This document shows positions 43,163 through 57,586 of a stretch of DNA of 64,000 bases, piece by piece. The stretch's first letter is position 1, and each line of letters begins with the position of its first letter. The notes beneath the pieces were generated by a model. That model ran no database searches. It was not told where the DNA came from and saw nothing but the letters and a program-made list of their open reading frames with translations. Source of the DNA: Eledone cirrhosa (Eukaryota). The stretch lies in contig OZ024741.1 of NCBI GenBank assembly GCA_964016885.1, positions 107,632,001 to 107,696,000 on the forward strand. Reading direction: 5' to 3'. A program made the translations under genes and the position numbers.

Positions 43163-43350
43163 AGGTGGAATGAGGGTGGTGGATTGGCAGTATCGTTGCA
43201 GCAAAGAGTTACGGCCCTTTATGGTCTGACTGAGTTCAAATCCCGCCGAGGTTAACTTTGCCTTTCATCCTTACGGGGTCGATAAAATAAAGTACCAGTA
43301 ATACACTGGGATAATTGCTGGCCTTGTGCCAAAAGTAGAAACAATTATTA
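43163..43350 (+). mobile_element. tRNA-derived SINE
   Basis: gagttcaaatcccgccgaggttaactttgcctttcatccttacggggtcgataaaa. Confidence 0.88.
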
Positions 43351-44282
43351 CAAGCTGTAATAACCAACGTTTTAAAAAAATGATAGCTGCAGCAACAACA
43401 AAAACACTGCATGGGAAAAATAGGAGACTAACTTCCCACTTTTAAAATATTTGACACCGCCGTCACTCTCAGAAGAAAAAATAAAACAATCCTAACAAAA
43501 AAACAAGAACACTACCACCAGCAACACCAACACCATCACCACCACCACCACCACTGTAATAACAAAAATCAACACAGTAACACAGTCAACAACAATACGA
43601 ACAACAATAACATGGATAAGAAAACAGCATAAGATTTTTGCAGTAACGGTTGGAAAATCCACACAAATGTTTAATTTATACTTAATAGACGAGCACTCTT
43701 ATTTGGCATGAGCGGCAAATCGTGTCAAATTACGAAATTTTCGCTGACTTAGCCGTCCCGCCCAAGGTGTGCAGTACCGCAAAAAAAAAAAAAAAAGCCT
43801 GTGAATCACCGACAAAAACGGTTGTCCGTAAAATATTCTGTAGTCCTAGCGTATCTGGGGAGAAGAACTATGAAGATGAGAATTTCAGAAATACCGTCGG
43901 AATTATATAACTGGTAGATCCTGACTAGTGCCTGCGTGTCGGAAATCTTGGTCTCGCTGACGGCTGTCACAACTCTAGCTAGTGACCGGAATTCGTTGAG
44001 CTAATGACATTGCTTCCAAGATAACCCCAGGCCACGCAAATTCATGCAATCTACTCGTAAAACTGTCATGTTTGTCGGATTTAAGAAAAAATAGGGTCAC
44101 TTACCCTCCGAGTACTTTGGATAGGGAATATTTCGACATTAAGGGGAGGTAGAGAAAAACGAACCAGCTGATGAAGATAGTGGTTAGTTTATCTATAGAA
44201 TATCAACAAATTACGTTGGAATACAATGTGAATAACAACACGTGTGGAAAAACGAAACGAATGAATATAATGATAATAATAT

Positions 44283-44492
44283 CAATAATTGTTTCTTATT
44301 TAGGCACAAGGCCAGCAATTTTGAGGGAGGGGAAAGTCGATTAAATCGACCCCAGTGCATTACTGGTTTTATTTTATCGACGCCGTAAGGATGAAAGGCA
44401 AAGCTAACCTCAGTGGGGTTTTTCACTCAGAACGTAAAGGGACATCACTCCATGCTGCAAAGCATGGTGTCCGATGCTCTACCGATACTGCC
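44283..44492 (-). mobile_element. tRNA-derived SINE
   Basis: Same core. Confidence 0.85.
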
Positions 44493-44814
44493 TATCCAAT
44501 TATGATAATAATAAATATAAACAACAAATTTGCCCTTTATTTAACTAAGTGTCGAGTGTTCCAACTGCCGCCTACTACAAGCGATGATTTGATTGGAAGA
44601 AAAATCGGTTACCGTAATAGAAGAAAATCTCCTTACTGATTGTGATGTGGTACATGTGATCAAAGATCGATACACTTTAAAAACCTTATAATATAGCAGG
44701 AGGAAACATCACCAGTAACATTTGACAAGATATATTGGCACATATTCTACAACAGCTTCTCTTTCTTTTCACACCTTATCATCATCTTCTCCTTCATCGT
44801 CATTACAACGGGTG

Positions 44815-44867
44815 CCTTCTTCTTCTTCTTCTTCTTCTTCTTCTTCTTCTTCTTCTTCTCATCCCCT

Positions 44868-44939
<72 letters not shown>

Positions 44940-46086
44940 AACAACAGCAACTACTACTACTCCCTATTGTATCTTTTTCCTTTGGAATTCTCCATTCTTT
45001 CATCTCTTTCTCTAATATTTTTCCACTCTTAACCGATATTACTTTCCTTCATTTCGTGTCCTTGATTTTCTTTCATTGCTGTTGTTGCTGCTGTTGTTGT
45101 CATTGTCATTGTCGTTCTTCTTCTTCTTCTTCTTCTTCTTCTTCTTCTTCTTCTTCTTCTTCTTCTTCTTCTTCTTCTTCTTCTTCTTCTTCTTCTTCTT
45201 CTTTTTCTTCTTTACTCGACCATCACGATACTAATCCATATAAAGGAAATAATTATTACTGTTTTCATTACTATACATATTATCAACATAAGCCCCGACA
45301 AACAGTATCGACGTTGCCGTCGCCGCCGTCATCTACATCAACCACCACCACCACCACCACCACACCACCACATCAACCACCACCACTATCACCACCACCA
45401 CCACCATCATCAACTCCACCACCACCACCACATCAACCACGAACACCACACCACCACATCAACCACCACCACTATCACCACCACCACCACTACCACCACG
45501 AACACCGCACCACCACATCAACCACCACCACTATCACCACCACCACCACTACCACCACCAACACCACAACACCACATCAACCACCACCACTATCACCACC
45601 ACCACCACTACCACCACCAACACCACACCACTACTATCACCACCACCACTACCACCACGAACACCACACCAACCACAACGACTATCACCACCACCACCAC
45701 TACCACCACCAACACCACACCACCACATCAACTACCACCACTATCACCACGACCACGACCACCACCACTACCACCACAAACACCACACCACCACTACCAT
45801 CACCAGCACCACTACCACCTTTTCGATCACCAACATCATCACCAACTCCACCACCAACAACATCCCCCACTATCGATATCAATATCGCCCCCACAATCAT
45901 AGTAAACACCATCACCATCACCATCAACGCCATTATATAATGCCTTCGAAAAAAATATGGTTTCTCTTTTTGCCCTTTGCATTCGAGTTTTCACTTGTTT
46001 ACACGGAATTCATTTCCCACTACACCTATCTTCGCTTCCACCTCTGACTACTACTACTACTGCTGCTGCTACTACTACTTCTTCTT

Positions 46087-46118
<32 letters not shown>

Positions 46119-46132
46119 GCTACTACTACAAT

Positions 46133-46210
<78 letters not shown>

Positions 46211-46212
46211 CG
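44815..46212. repeat. Compound trinucleotide low-complexity block (TTC, CTA, CAC)
   Basis: Direct reading; explains the 401-aa pseudo-ORF. Confidence 0.95.
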
Positions 46213-46699
46213 CAGAAAGTCATACATCCTATGTCATATAGATCGATTTCATTGTTAGTGGTACAGATGACACTGAGACGATCATTAAATGTGTGAGTTG
46301 AATATGTGTTCGTGTGTCCGAGTCAATGTTTAGCACCCATATGTATTCGTCTTTGTACTTACAAGTTATATCTGTGTTGGTACGCTGAAAGCCACTCCAC
46401 ATATATATATATATATATAAATATGTATGTGTCTGAATGTACGTATATATATATGTACATGGGAGAGATGACCCCTTAGCCTTTGTCAAGGCAGAATTCT
46501 AGGAGAAGGAAAACTCTGATATAACACCTGCAACCCTGATGGCATCCAATGATGTTGACTTGTTCTTCTTTTTGGTAAATATCATCTTGGTTAAGAGAGT
46601 GGGACTGGCTTTGTGCAGTGCTTTTGATCACTATAAAAGCTTCACGGCACAGGCATTGCTTTATATCTGGAGATCTCTCTGCACTTGTCGTCACATGGT

Positions 46700-46865
46700 A
46701 CCATGGGCCCTGCACTGTGTCAATAATTGTCACAAGTGTAGTGTTTGTACCAGAGTTTTCAAGTCGCTGGCTGGACTAAAAAGTCACACTCGTTCAGCGC
46801 ATCAGTAGGGGTTCTCCTACATGGATATAAAGTAGTGACCGTACTCGAAAACGAGTTGGCAGCCA

Positions 46866-46868
<3 letters not shown>
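46700..46868 (+). pseudogene. Probable LINE 3' end encoding a terminal C2H2 zinc finger
   Basis: CSVCTRVFKSLAGLKSHTRSAH then stop, short UTR and (TA)n. Confidence 0.5.
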
Positions 46869-46916
<48 letters not shown>

Positions 46917-46963
46917 CATCAAGAAAACGAATAATCAGTGATGCATCTGCACTTATTTTATTG

Positions 46964-47054
46964 CGTATTACAAATGTTTCGCCGGCAGGTAGCTCGAGAC
47001 ATGGTCCTTGTATGGATCTGGCTGATTCTACTTCTGCGGGTTCTTTCAGACACG
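46964..47054 (-). ncRNA. Hammerhead with long stem II (family B)
   Basis: cgtgt-CTGAAAGA-acccgcag..ctgccggc-GAAA-catttg-TA-atacg; one extra nucleotide in the core. Confidence 0.6.
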
Positions 47055-47797
47055 GGTTTTCGTCTGGAGCAAATTTTATCACTGGGGTGTTATCATAAAA
47101 AAACACCCTAAAAAAACCCTACTTCCACTCTTGTCATGCCATTGGCTGTTTTTACTCCACGTCATCACAAGTCAGTATCTGCTGCCACACGGTACATCAA
47201 CCATTTCCCGTCCGACACATTTCGATGGCGTCATGCTGGGTTTAGTACTTCACACGTCTGCTCACACTTCAGAGTAAGCACCCACACATACTAAAATACA
47301 TACATAAACACACACACATGCAGACACATACCCATTTATGCATACACACACGTACACCTACATGCGCAGACACACACACACCCACATTCATACAAAAAAG
47401 TATATATACACACACACCCTGTCTCCCTCACTTCCACGGACCCAGTCACACCCACTTGTTGATCCATATCGCCACAAGCCTTATGACGGCTGCTTACTTC
47501 GTGCCCTGTGTCAGTTGGGATAAGCATAGCCTACTCAAGCATACACATATATACATACATACGCCCAACCTTATATACATACATCTACACATGCATACAC
47601 ACACATGTTGCCACATGCGTACACCTGCACATATGCATATCTGCCTACACACAGATGTGCTTCCACATATACATATATAAACACAACCGTAAATTAAAAG
47701 TTAAAAATACATTATGCAATAAAAAAACAATATATATAATAAAATAACAGTAAATTACCGTAACATAAAAATATACAATGTAATATAATATACAATA

Positions 47798-47876
<79 letters not shown>

Positions 47877-47991
47877 CATATATACACACCAATTATATAT
47901 ATATATATATATAAACTGGAGTGAAATCATCTGGTGCGTGTCTTTCTTATTGGCAACATGACCCTCCCAAAGTATAACAATATATATACGT

Positions 47992-48035
<44 letters not shown>

Positions 48036-48089
48036 GTACACACATACAACATATATATATAATGGGTGTGTATGTGTGTGCGTGAATGT

Positions 48090-48127
<38 letters not shown>

Positions 48128-48244
48128 GTGTGTATGCATATATCTATATGTATGCATGTGCATATGTATATATGTATATATGGATGTGTGTTTGTATGTG
48201 TGTACGTATATATATATATATATATGTATGTGTGTACGTATATA

Positions 48245-48598
48245 TTTTGTTGTACTTTGGGAAGGTCATGTTGCCAATAAGAAACACACGCACCATATGC
48301 TTTCACTCCAATTTATTATAAATTAAATTATAAATAAAAAAAAAAATTATAAATTTCCAGTTGGTTGGTTGGTTCCACAAACGGACGGTTGTTCATATAT
48401 TGTCAAAGTTCTTTCGTCACACATTCTGTGACCTCATCAGTGACCGGGATTATTTTCTTTGTTTTTTGCCCCTCCTTTGTTCTGTCCTACGCCATCTTTG
48501 TTTTTGAAAAAACAAGATGGTGTCAGACAGAACAAAGGAGAGGCACACACCTAACTCGTCCCATGGACTGAGTGCTCTATGGATATTACCTTCCACAC

Positions 48599-48600
<2 letters not shown>
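48245..48600 (-). mobile_element. PLE 3' end (same family as 60610-61325) with HHR at 48402-48444
   Basis: gtca-CTGATGA-g-gtcaca[gaatg]tgtgac-GAAA-gaac-TT-tgac; homologous to 61070-61325. Confidence 0.85.
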
Positions 48601-48655
<55 letters not shown>

Positions 48656-49529
48656 AGTGCATGTGTGTTGTATGTGAATGTGTGTGTGCGTGCGTATGTG
48701 TGTGTGTGTTTATATGTATATGTACATATATGTATGATTGTAAAGATATCGCCGTAGCTCAGACATAGCGTTCGGAATGTAAGCAGGGCAACATCCGGGG
48801 TTCGTATAGAGCTAGTCGATGAAAGATGGCGTTTATATCCATGTCGTGGTGTCTTTAGGAGCATATCGCTTATAAGTTTTGTTTATATCTTCATCAATGT
48901 CCTGCATAAACATGCGCCCCCGTCTGATAACATCAATGATTGCAAACAGGAGAAAAAGTCTCTGAGTTCATTGATATTGTCAGTTGAAGTGAGAATACCA
49001 TAGTGAAAGCAAATCATAAACAAGAATAGTGCCAGTATATTATTGACTTGTATGACGCCTACGAAATAATTGTTGTCTCTGACAGATGATCGTAAATTAG
49101 CGCTTGTATTTTTGTAGAATATAGCAACATAACTGCCTCCTCCCCCTTCCCCTCCTCCTCCTCCTGTGGTTGTTGTTGTTGATGTTGTTGTTGTTCTTCT
49201 TCTCTTTCTTCTGCTGCTGCTGCTGAACGTTTCAAATTTTAAAATAGAATATATTTGTATGCATATGTATGTTTATCTGTCATTAGATAAGTACGTGCAT
49301 AAAATGTTACACATGTTTCGAAACTGCACGCACAAGCGTGTAAATTCGAAACGTGTATATAACATTACTAGCAATAACTCCTCGCAGAAGATTGAGTTAT
49401 TTACACGGTTCCAGATATTAAAAAAAATTGTCCAGGCTTCTTCTGTATGTTACTTTATCTCAATTATTCGTTGTCTCGTTCACTAGAATAAATCGGTTGT
49501 GATATTTGGCCAACTTCAGATATGCATTT

Positions 49530-49730
49530 GCTTGGAAAAGGCGGTAGAGCGTCGGAAAAATGTGCAGCAGTACTTGATCCGTTTCTTCACATTCTGAATA
49601 CAAATTGTGCCACGGTCAACTTTGCATACGGCGTTGATAAAAGAAAGCACCAGTAATGCACTGGGGTCGATTTAATCGACTTTCACCTCTCCCCAAAATG
49701 CTGGCCTTGTGCCTGTATTAGAAATCATTA
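49530..49730 (+). mobile_element. Degenerate tRNA-derived SINE
   Basis: gtcaactttgc..gataaa..cactggggtcgatttaatcgac..ctggccttgtgcc. Confidence 0.75.
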
Positions 49731-50035
49731 TTAATATTAAAACATTTTAGCCAGGGAGAGAATTGCAGAGCCTATAACCTTTTCAAGGGTTTAGGAAAAT
49801 AAGAGACTTATCTCGAATGAAAGCAACTGGGTGGACTTCACTAAAAGCAGATGTTTGTGAGTGAGTGTATGTGCCTACTTGCATGAATGCGGCCCCTCTG
49901 CATGTAGGTTGTTTAAGATTTCATGCTTGCTGTTTGTTGATAGAAATACAGTTAATTGGCTTGCAACTAGAATGCATTTAATACGCATGTGTACATGCAT
50001 CCTGCATATAAAATTCTCTCACTCTCTCTCTCTCT

Positions 50036-50153
<118 letters not shown>

Positions 50154-50681
50154 ATTGTGGCAAATAAAGAAAGATATCTATCTCTATCTCTATCTTTCTC
50201 TCTCTTTACACACACAAACATCATTCACACGGTCATCGGTCATTCCAATTCTCTCAACTCTCGGCCTTTTCATTCCACACACGTGCCATTATTTCTAACA
50301 TCAAAGCGCTTTCTTTCCTTACCGGAGTCATTCCATCTACTTCTCGTCCTCTGTACATTGCGATCTTTAGATCTGGTCAGAAAACTAAACATCTATGAAA
50401 CTGTATATTTATTTAGATTTTGTTTGTATCTACACCTTGTTCTTTGTGGCTGCTGCTGCTGTTGCACTATATTTATTCACCCTGTCTTTAATCTCTCTCC
50501 CTCTCTCACTTACTCTCTATCGGCAGAAACATATGTCAGTTTGACAATGCCTTGAATATTTGGTGTTTTAAAAATTAGTATATAACAGATCTACGTGTAC
50601 ACCATTGTACGAGCTTTTAACCATCCGGTAAAACAGTTTTAATACTCCACTTATTATTAATAATAGTATTATTATTAAAGC

Positions 50682-50717
<36 letters not shown>

Positions 50718-50858
50718 GTGTGCATGTAGGTGAATGTGAGTGTGTATGAGGGCAAGTGAACTATGGTGGAGCACTAATCTATGTATGGAACTGTACATAA
50801 GTATGACTAACCTGTGTGTTTGTCTTCACGCCAATTCTCAAGGTATAAGTAATATATA

Positions 50859-50924
<66 letters not shown>

Positions 50925-50994
50925 AAAAGAGTGAGGATCCCGACAGCTGAGGTCCGGCCGTTTGGACAGTTATATATATACACACACACACATT

Positions 50995-51050
<56 letters not shown>

Positions 51051-51057
51051 GAGAAGA

Positions 51058-51520
51058 AAGAAGAATACTGCGTGGTTGCATATGGGTTACATATGATAAA
51101 ATTAGTCCTTCGTCAGTGATTTGCCAACCATTATTGATATTTCATCGCATTAAAAATCATATACCTCAGGTTGGTGCGAGCAATAACTAAAAAAAGCTAT
51201 TGGGACAAGTAAATCGCGTAAAGCGAGTGAGACAAGTAAACAACATAGAAGGATGAAAGCAACGCAAAGATGGGAATAAACAAGCAACATGGTTATCCGG
51301 TCAGCATAAACTGGGTGGATTTCATGAGCGATCGCGATACAGACCGTCCGACGTGAGTGAGATGTGAGCAAGAAGATAACCCACTACTAGCCAAACGGGA
51401 GGAAGTGAGAAGGGGAGAAACAAAGAGTGAGTGAGTGGAAGTGCGAGGAAAAGGTCAGTCGAGAGAAAGTGTAACTGACAGAGGGGGCGAAAGAAGGTGA
51501 GAGCAACAGAGAGAACGGGG
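51058..51520 (-). mobile_element. (TA)n-adjacent repeat, second copy at 53342-53700
   Basis: Shared aagaatactgcgtgg..ccttcgtcagtg..acctcaggttgg sequence. Confidence 0.75.
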
Positions 51521-51659
51521 AATATATATATATGTGTGTGTGTGTGGGTGTGTGTGTGTGTGGGTGTGTGTGTGTGCTCGGAAAAGATTGTTTTGGTAAA
51601 AACAGGAGTAAGCAGGAGAAAGCCCTCAACAATCGTTGTTTTAGTTACGATGGAGAATT

Positions 51660-52385
51660 TTATAAAAATAATAAAATACGATGCTGAGGTTACATATATC
51701 GTTTAATCATAATAATTATTTCCACGGTTCTCCATGCAATCGAGATGTCCTTCATGCATTTGCTGTTTATTATTAGAACGGTTTCCTAAGATGAAGATCG
51801 ATATATTTGATATGTCGCTGGCAGGAAAACACACATCCTAATGCCTGTATGCCCAGCATACATATGAGTTCCTTGAAGGGTTTGCCAGCCGTCACGTTTA
51901 TTAGAAAAAGCTATGAACGAAAGAAGACGAAAAGAACGAAGAACCAAAAGCCAGTAGACAGTTGAAGCAACACAAGGAGCTCTGAGGGAGGTGGGGTATA
52001 CATTTAGTTGACGACCACCTATAGACAACAACAACAACAACAACAACGACAACTACAACAACAACAATGACAATAACATCAAACCGTCGACCAAAGTTGT
52101 CCACACTGGTCGCAATAGTCGTGCTGATACAATTGACAACAACTAAAACAACCTACCTCTAAACACCTTTTTATTGCTTTGGCCTTATCGCTGTTTACGG
52201 CCAACAGGGTGGTATCGTCACTGCGACGACTACGACCAGTATACACGACGCTGGTCTGTGTGTTTGCTGTTGTTGTCGTTTGTTGCTGTTGTCGTTGTAA
52301 GTGTTTTTACTGTGGCTGTTGTTGAAATAATTATTATGATTAAACGATATATGTAACATCAGCATCTTATTTTATTATTTTTATA
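51660..52385. mobile_element. Segment bounded by ~62-bp inverted repeats (MITE-like)
   Basis: 51660-51722 is approximately the reverse complement of 52324-52385. Confidence 0.6.
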
Positions 52386-52440
52386 TATATATAGGAAAAG
52401 AGTGAGGACCCCGACGGCTGAGCTCCGGCCGTTTGGACAG

Positions 52441-52489
<49 letters not shown>

Positions 52490-53170
52490 CACACAGACAC
52501 ACAACACTCCTCCTGCCTTGACCACTTCCTGTTGCGCGCGCGCACCCCACATCTCCCCTCTTCTGACCAATCTCTTCACGGATTACACGTATGTGAACCT
52601 TGATCCCGGAATCCACCAGATCCGAGGATTTTACTAAGCATTCCACTACATCTTCTTACGGAATCACCTTTATGACTCACCCACACACACACACCCAAAA
52701 ATAATTTTTTTCCCACACGCCAACTACAACCACAACACGCTTAATAACACACACCCACGTGCGTACGACCACATATTTACACATTCAGCCTCCAGATTCC
52801 TCTTCCCCCACCCCTCTATCCATACACGCACACACACTCCGACCTACACCCCACCTCTTCCTGAACATGCAACCCCGTTCTTCCCCCAACCCTTGCTTTC
52901 ACATACACACACACACACACACGTACACCTACACACACACACCACCTTCAGCCCTCCCCGCTCGGACACCCCGTCTCCCTCTCCCCACTCCACCCGCCAC
53001 CACCCCTACACGCCCCACACCCTTCCACCACCTGTTTTACCCCATTTAAATTTTATTTTGATCATGCCTTTATTTTTAATTTCATTTTCACCGTTTCCTC
53101 TCACCCCCTTTTTGCTATATGTCTCTCCACCACTCCCCTACACACCCTTTGAACTCTCTTCCCACACACT

Positions 53171-53206
53171 TTTCACCTGAAGAAGGGCTTATGCCCGAAA
53201 CGTCGT
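53171..53206 (+). ncRNA. Minimal PLE-type hammerhead motif
   Basis: ac-CTGAAGA-a-gggc[ttat]gccc-GAAA-cg-TC-gt; AATAAA and (TA)n downstream; C-rich decayed PLE-like sequence upstream. Confidence 0.7.
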
Positions 53207-53290
53207 TCCCCACCACCACGCCACTCTCAAGAGCGTGAAATTAATAAACATTTGTTGTACTGCTTCTGTTTTGTTCCCGTTCAATTTTTC

Positions 53291-53341
<51 letters not shown>

Positions 53342-53344
<3 letters not shown>

Positions 53345-53692
53345 AAGAATACTGCGTGGTTTGCACATGGGTTACATATGATAAAAATAGTCCTTCGTCA
53401 GTGATTTTCCAACTATCATTGGTATTTCATCGCATTAAAAATCAGATACCTCAGGTTGGTACGAGCATTAACTAAAAACAGTTATTGGGACCAGAATTCG
53501 CGTAAGACGAGGGGGACAAGTAAACAACATAGAAGGATAAAAGCAAACCGAAGATAGGAAAATAAACAAGCAACATGGTTGTCCGGTCAGCATAATCTGG
53601 GTGGATTTCATGAGCGAGAGAGGTACAGACCGTGTTGATGTGTGTGAGATGTGAGCAAGAAGAGACCCACACAAGCCAAACGGGGGGAAGTG

Positions 53693-53700
<8 letters not shown>
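53342..53700 (-). mobile_element. Second copy of the 51058 repeat
   Basis: Colinear similarity; (TA)n both sides. Confidence 0.75.
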
Positions 53701-53731
<31 letters not shown>

Positions 53732-53761
53732 AGATCAAAAGATGGTTAAAAGAGTTCCAAG

Positions 53762-53832
53762 TATTTTATTATGCGCATTTCAAAAACAGATATCATCATG
53801 GGATGATATCTGCGTTCTCATCAGATAAAATA
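53762..53832 (-). ncRNA. Type I hammerhead ribozyme (family A)
   Basis: tattttat-CTGATGA-gaacgcagatatcatc[ccat]gatgatatctgttttt-GAAA-tgcgca-TA-ataaaata. Confidence 0.9.
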
Positions 53833-53976
53833 GGGAGAAATGATATGAAGCTTAAAAAACACTTGTGAATAGTGAAGTTTTAAATCAACATATGAAAAAT
53901 AAATTAAGATTGATGTATGAGATTGGGTAAAAGTGAGGGGGATTGCTTTATTGTGCTACAATAAAAGCTCACCTCC

Positions 53977-54051
<75 letters not shown>

Positions 54052-54552
54052 GCGTAGTATACACACAGACACAAACATAGATATTCATGCAAGTACACGC
54101 GCGTGCGCGTAAATACATTTTCCGGGAGCTGAGGCTCCGGCATCTCATTTCATCAGGATATATTCATGGGCGGAGTCTAGATCTTCTGGAGAGTCACCGG
54201 ACAAATTAGGAGGTTACATCGTGACGTTATGTTAAATAATGAATATTTTCACCTTCATATATTAGATAATAAGTGAAGTCTTTCTGAATTGTTAATACGA
54301 CACTTGTGAATAATGCGTAGCAAACCGAACAGTCTGATGTGGGTCTTGAACCGATGGTGTGATGAAATAGTTATTGAGCTTATGTATTGTATATGGTTAA
54401 ACAAACATAGTTTGACTGTTGCATTGCAAACACATCAACATTTAACCCATACCAATATTTGTGTCACAAGTTTATCTGTACGTATTTTGCCAAACGTATG
54501 AATTAGAACACGCCACACACATACACACACACACACATACAAACACACAAAC

Positions 54553-54672
<120 letters not shown>

Positions 54673-56641
54673 ATACATACATACACACACACAAACTCAC
54701 ACCCACACACCCACCCACCCACACACATACATACAAACACACACACAAACACACCAACACTATGAACAAACCTTGAAAAATTTATTTTTTCTTGGACAAT
54801 AAATATGTAGTTGTGCGTGTATGTTTATGTGTGTGCATGTGTGTGTATGTGTAAGTGTGTTTGTATTTGTGTGTGTATGTATACAGAACTTGAAACTGTA
54901 CACAGTAGCCTAAAACGCAATCATTGAACAAATGGACCGACACATGAGTATGCACATACCTAGACATGCACACATATTAACACTTATGAACACATACATA
55001 CACATGATGACAATGACATAAATGCACACATGTGTATATACATATCCAGAGCAACAGGAATTTAAATCCAACTCTTCTATAGAAATACAAGTCCATGTCC
55101 TAATTCATATTATTAGTACTGGTTTTCCCCCCACTGTTGTGAAGACGAATGGATTTATTGTTAGGGTGATGTGCTAATGATCGAAACTTCAATTTCCGGA
55201 TCGAGGGCGCTTCTTAACCTTTAGCAAGCAACATTATTTCCTGGTGCTCCAGAAATAGTTTACCAGAAGTTAAAACTCACGGAGTCACAGACCCCATTAT
55301 GTATTAAATGCCAGAAAAGGCAGACAGTACGTTTATGAGGTTTTAAGGCATGCAGCTAAATTGATTAACTATGTTAATCATGTGAACTGTGTTCCATCTG
55401 GATTCGAAGCTAAACATATTCAAAATATGCTTTTCTCATTCATCAGTATTCACATGAATGCAACGGTAAATTTTTAAAATATTATAACAATGATGTTGAG
55501 ATGTTACCTTTAATAGGTCCTTCTATTTCGGGATAAATTCCCACCATCAAAATATTAAGAGCGACATAAAATATGCAGACCCGAACTGTTCATAGAACGG
55601 TCTTACTAGAACATTGTATAATGATTCTTCTAAGCACTCTGTCTGAATAACAGTTGGATCATTTGTGAGCAGAAGTATCCTGCTGATTTGGGTCTGAACA
55701 ATAACAACTTTGATATGAACCACAACGGCATCATCATCAACCACAGCTCAAAACACAAAAGATATATATATATTTATTAGGAATAATATATACATGGACA
55801 TTTTGGCTTTCATGTTATTCACCCACATCATTAGCTTAGTGAAATATCCTTAACTGGAGATTGAAACCGTCTCGACGATTTTACGACACGTGCGTGTAGT
55901 TCTCCATAGTGTTTAACGTTAGACAAAAGTATATACACCGAACACACACACACACACACACACTTGCACACGCATATATACTCAAGTCCAATTATGTGTT
56001 TATTTGTGCATACATATGTATCTATGCACATGCAGAATTATGCACGCGTGTAACATACATGCATGTTTGTATATGTGCATGAGTATGTGTGTGTATGTAT
56101 GTGCGTACATGTAACCGAACACACGCGCAAACAAGGAACACACAGAGAGACAGAAAAAATAACATCTGCTGAATGCTGCTCTTTTCTTACATAAGCTTCA
56201 TGATCAGGGATTTATGTTGTATATAGGTAAATGTCAGCGTGTAACATATTGACTTTTAACGAGGTAAATTAGTTTCAGGTTTTAAAACTGAAAGTTGCTT
56301 GAAATGGGAATCTAGACAGCGTATGAAGACTGGTGGCTCGGTACTTGTGGGTAATATGATTGGTTTATTGACCACAAATTTACTGCAACAGCGTGCTGCC
56401 ATCAATCATAAATTCACTATAAAGCTATAAAACAATTTATGTTCGTAAGAACACACAAGCACAAGCACTTGCACGCAAAATGCATCTATTTCATTCTTTC
56501 TATCGCTAGCATTCGATCATCCTCGCATTATATACTTAAATACATAAACATGAATATATGCAAGCGCGCGTGCATACAAAGGCACACATACAGAATAACA
56601 CAAACACATACAGACTCACACAAACGCATACACACAAACTC

Positions 56642-56712
<71 letters not shown>

Positions 56713-57307
56713 CGACACACACATACAAACAAACATATATATTTCTCATTTAATTATATGGATATTTCAGAAAGGGTGTATGTGAGCGTGTGTGAGAGCG
56801 GGGTTGTGAGTGTGTGCATATGTGTATGTGTCTGTATGCGGGATCATATTTCGATCCAAAATAATTCCATACACACACACATACATACATACACAAACAT
56901 TACAAAAAACACAAAAAGTTGCACATATATTTCATTAATTTTATAGGTATTTGAGAAGCTCTATAAATATGTGAGTTGTTAGTGTGTGAGTGTGTGTGGG
57001 TTTGTATGTGTGTGTGTGTTTTTGAGTGGGAGTGTGCGTGCGAGTATGTTTGAGCGTGTGTGGGGAGCGCTCTTATTGCGATCCAAACTAATCAGTTACG
57101 TAAATAGTGTCAACCATGTGATATCGCCATAAGGGGCACAGGTTTATCCAGCTTTGCACAACAGTGACGTCATCAAGTGAAACTGCGCATTTGGAAATAC
57201 AAACCTTGCATTTTCAGTTTGATTACACACCCGCAATCGCACGTGTACACACAGACAGATTATACATACATACATATACATACATAAACACACACACACA
57301 TACACAC

Positions 57308-57400
<93 letters not shown>

Positions 57401-57586
57401 GAATAGAGGCGGTAAAAACTAGTTAGACCATTACTCACCAGAGTACTCTATACTTGGGGTAGTAGAGTGAGTAATATGCGCTCCTGCCGTTTCAACGTCT
57501 AGATCCTAGCTCTTGAAATGGCCGGAGCTCAGCCGTCGGGGCCCTGAATTTTATATATATATATATATAAAATTCAGGACCCCGAC
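57401..57586 (-). mobile_element. Diverged hairpin-plus-tail mini-element, copy 4
   Basis: Reverse complement of the tail (ctctactaccccaagtatagagtactctggtg) plus gagctcagccgtcgggg arm. Confidence 0.7.

Noticed and set aside
41500-43350. LTR-like or composite element formed by direct repeats around the R4-like fragment
   Set aside because: The repeats are ordinary abundant SINE copies with no shared TSD
44165-44205. CTGATGA-agatag..ttatct
   Set aside because: No GAAA directly after the stem and no stem I
44735-45940. 401-aa Pro/His/Thr-rich ORF
   Set aside because: Translation of trinucleotide microsatellites that lack stops
46745-46808. Host C2H2 zinc-finger gene
   Set aside because: Single finger followed by stop and (TA)n; better explained as a LINE 3' end
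54105-54162. Minus-strand CTGATGA..hairpin..GAAA
   Set aside because: Stem I cannot form and stem II is out of register
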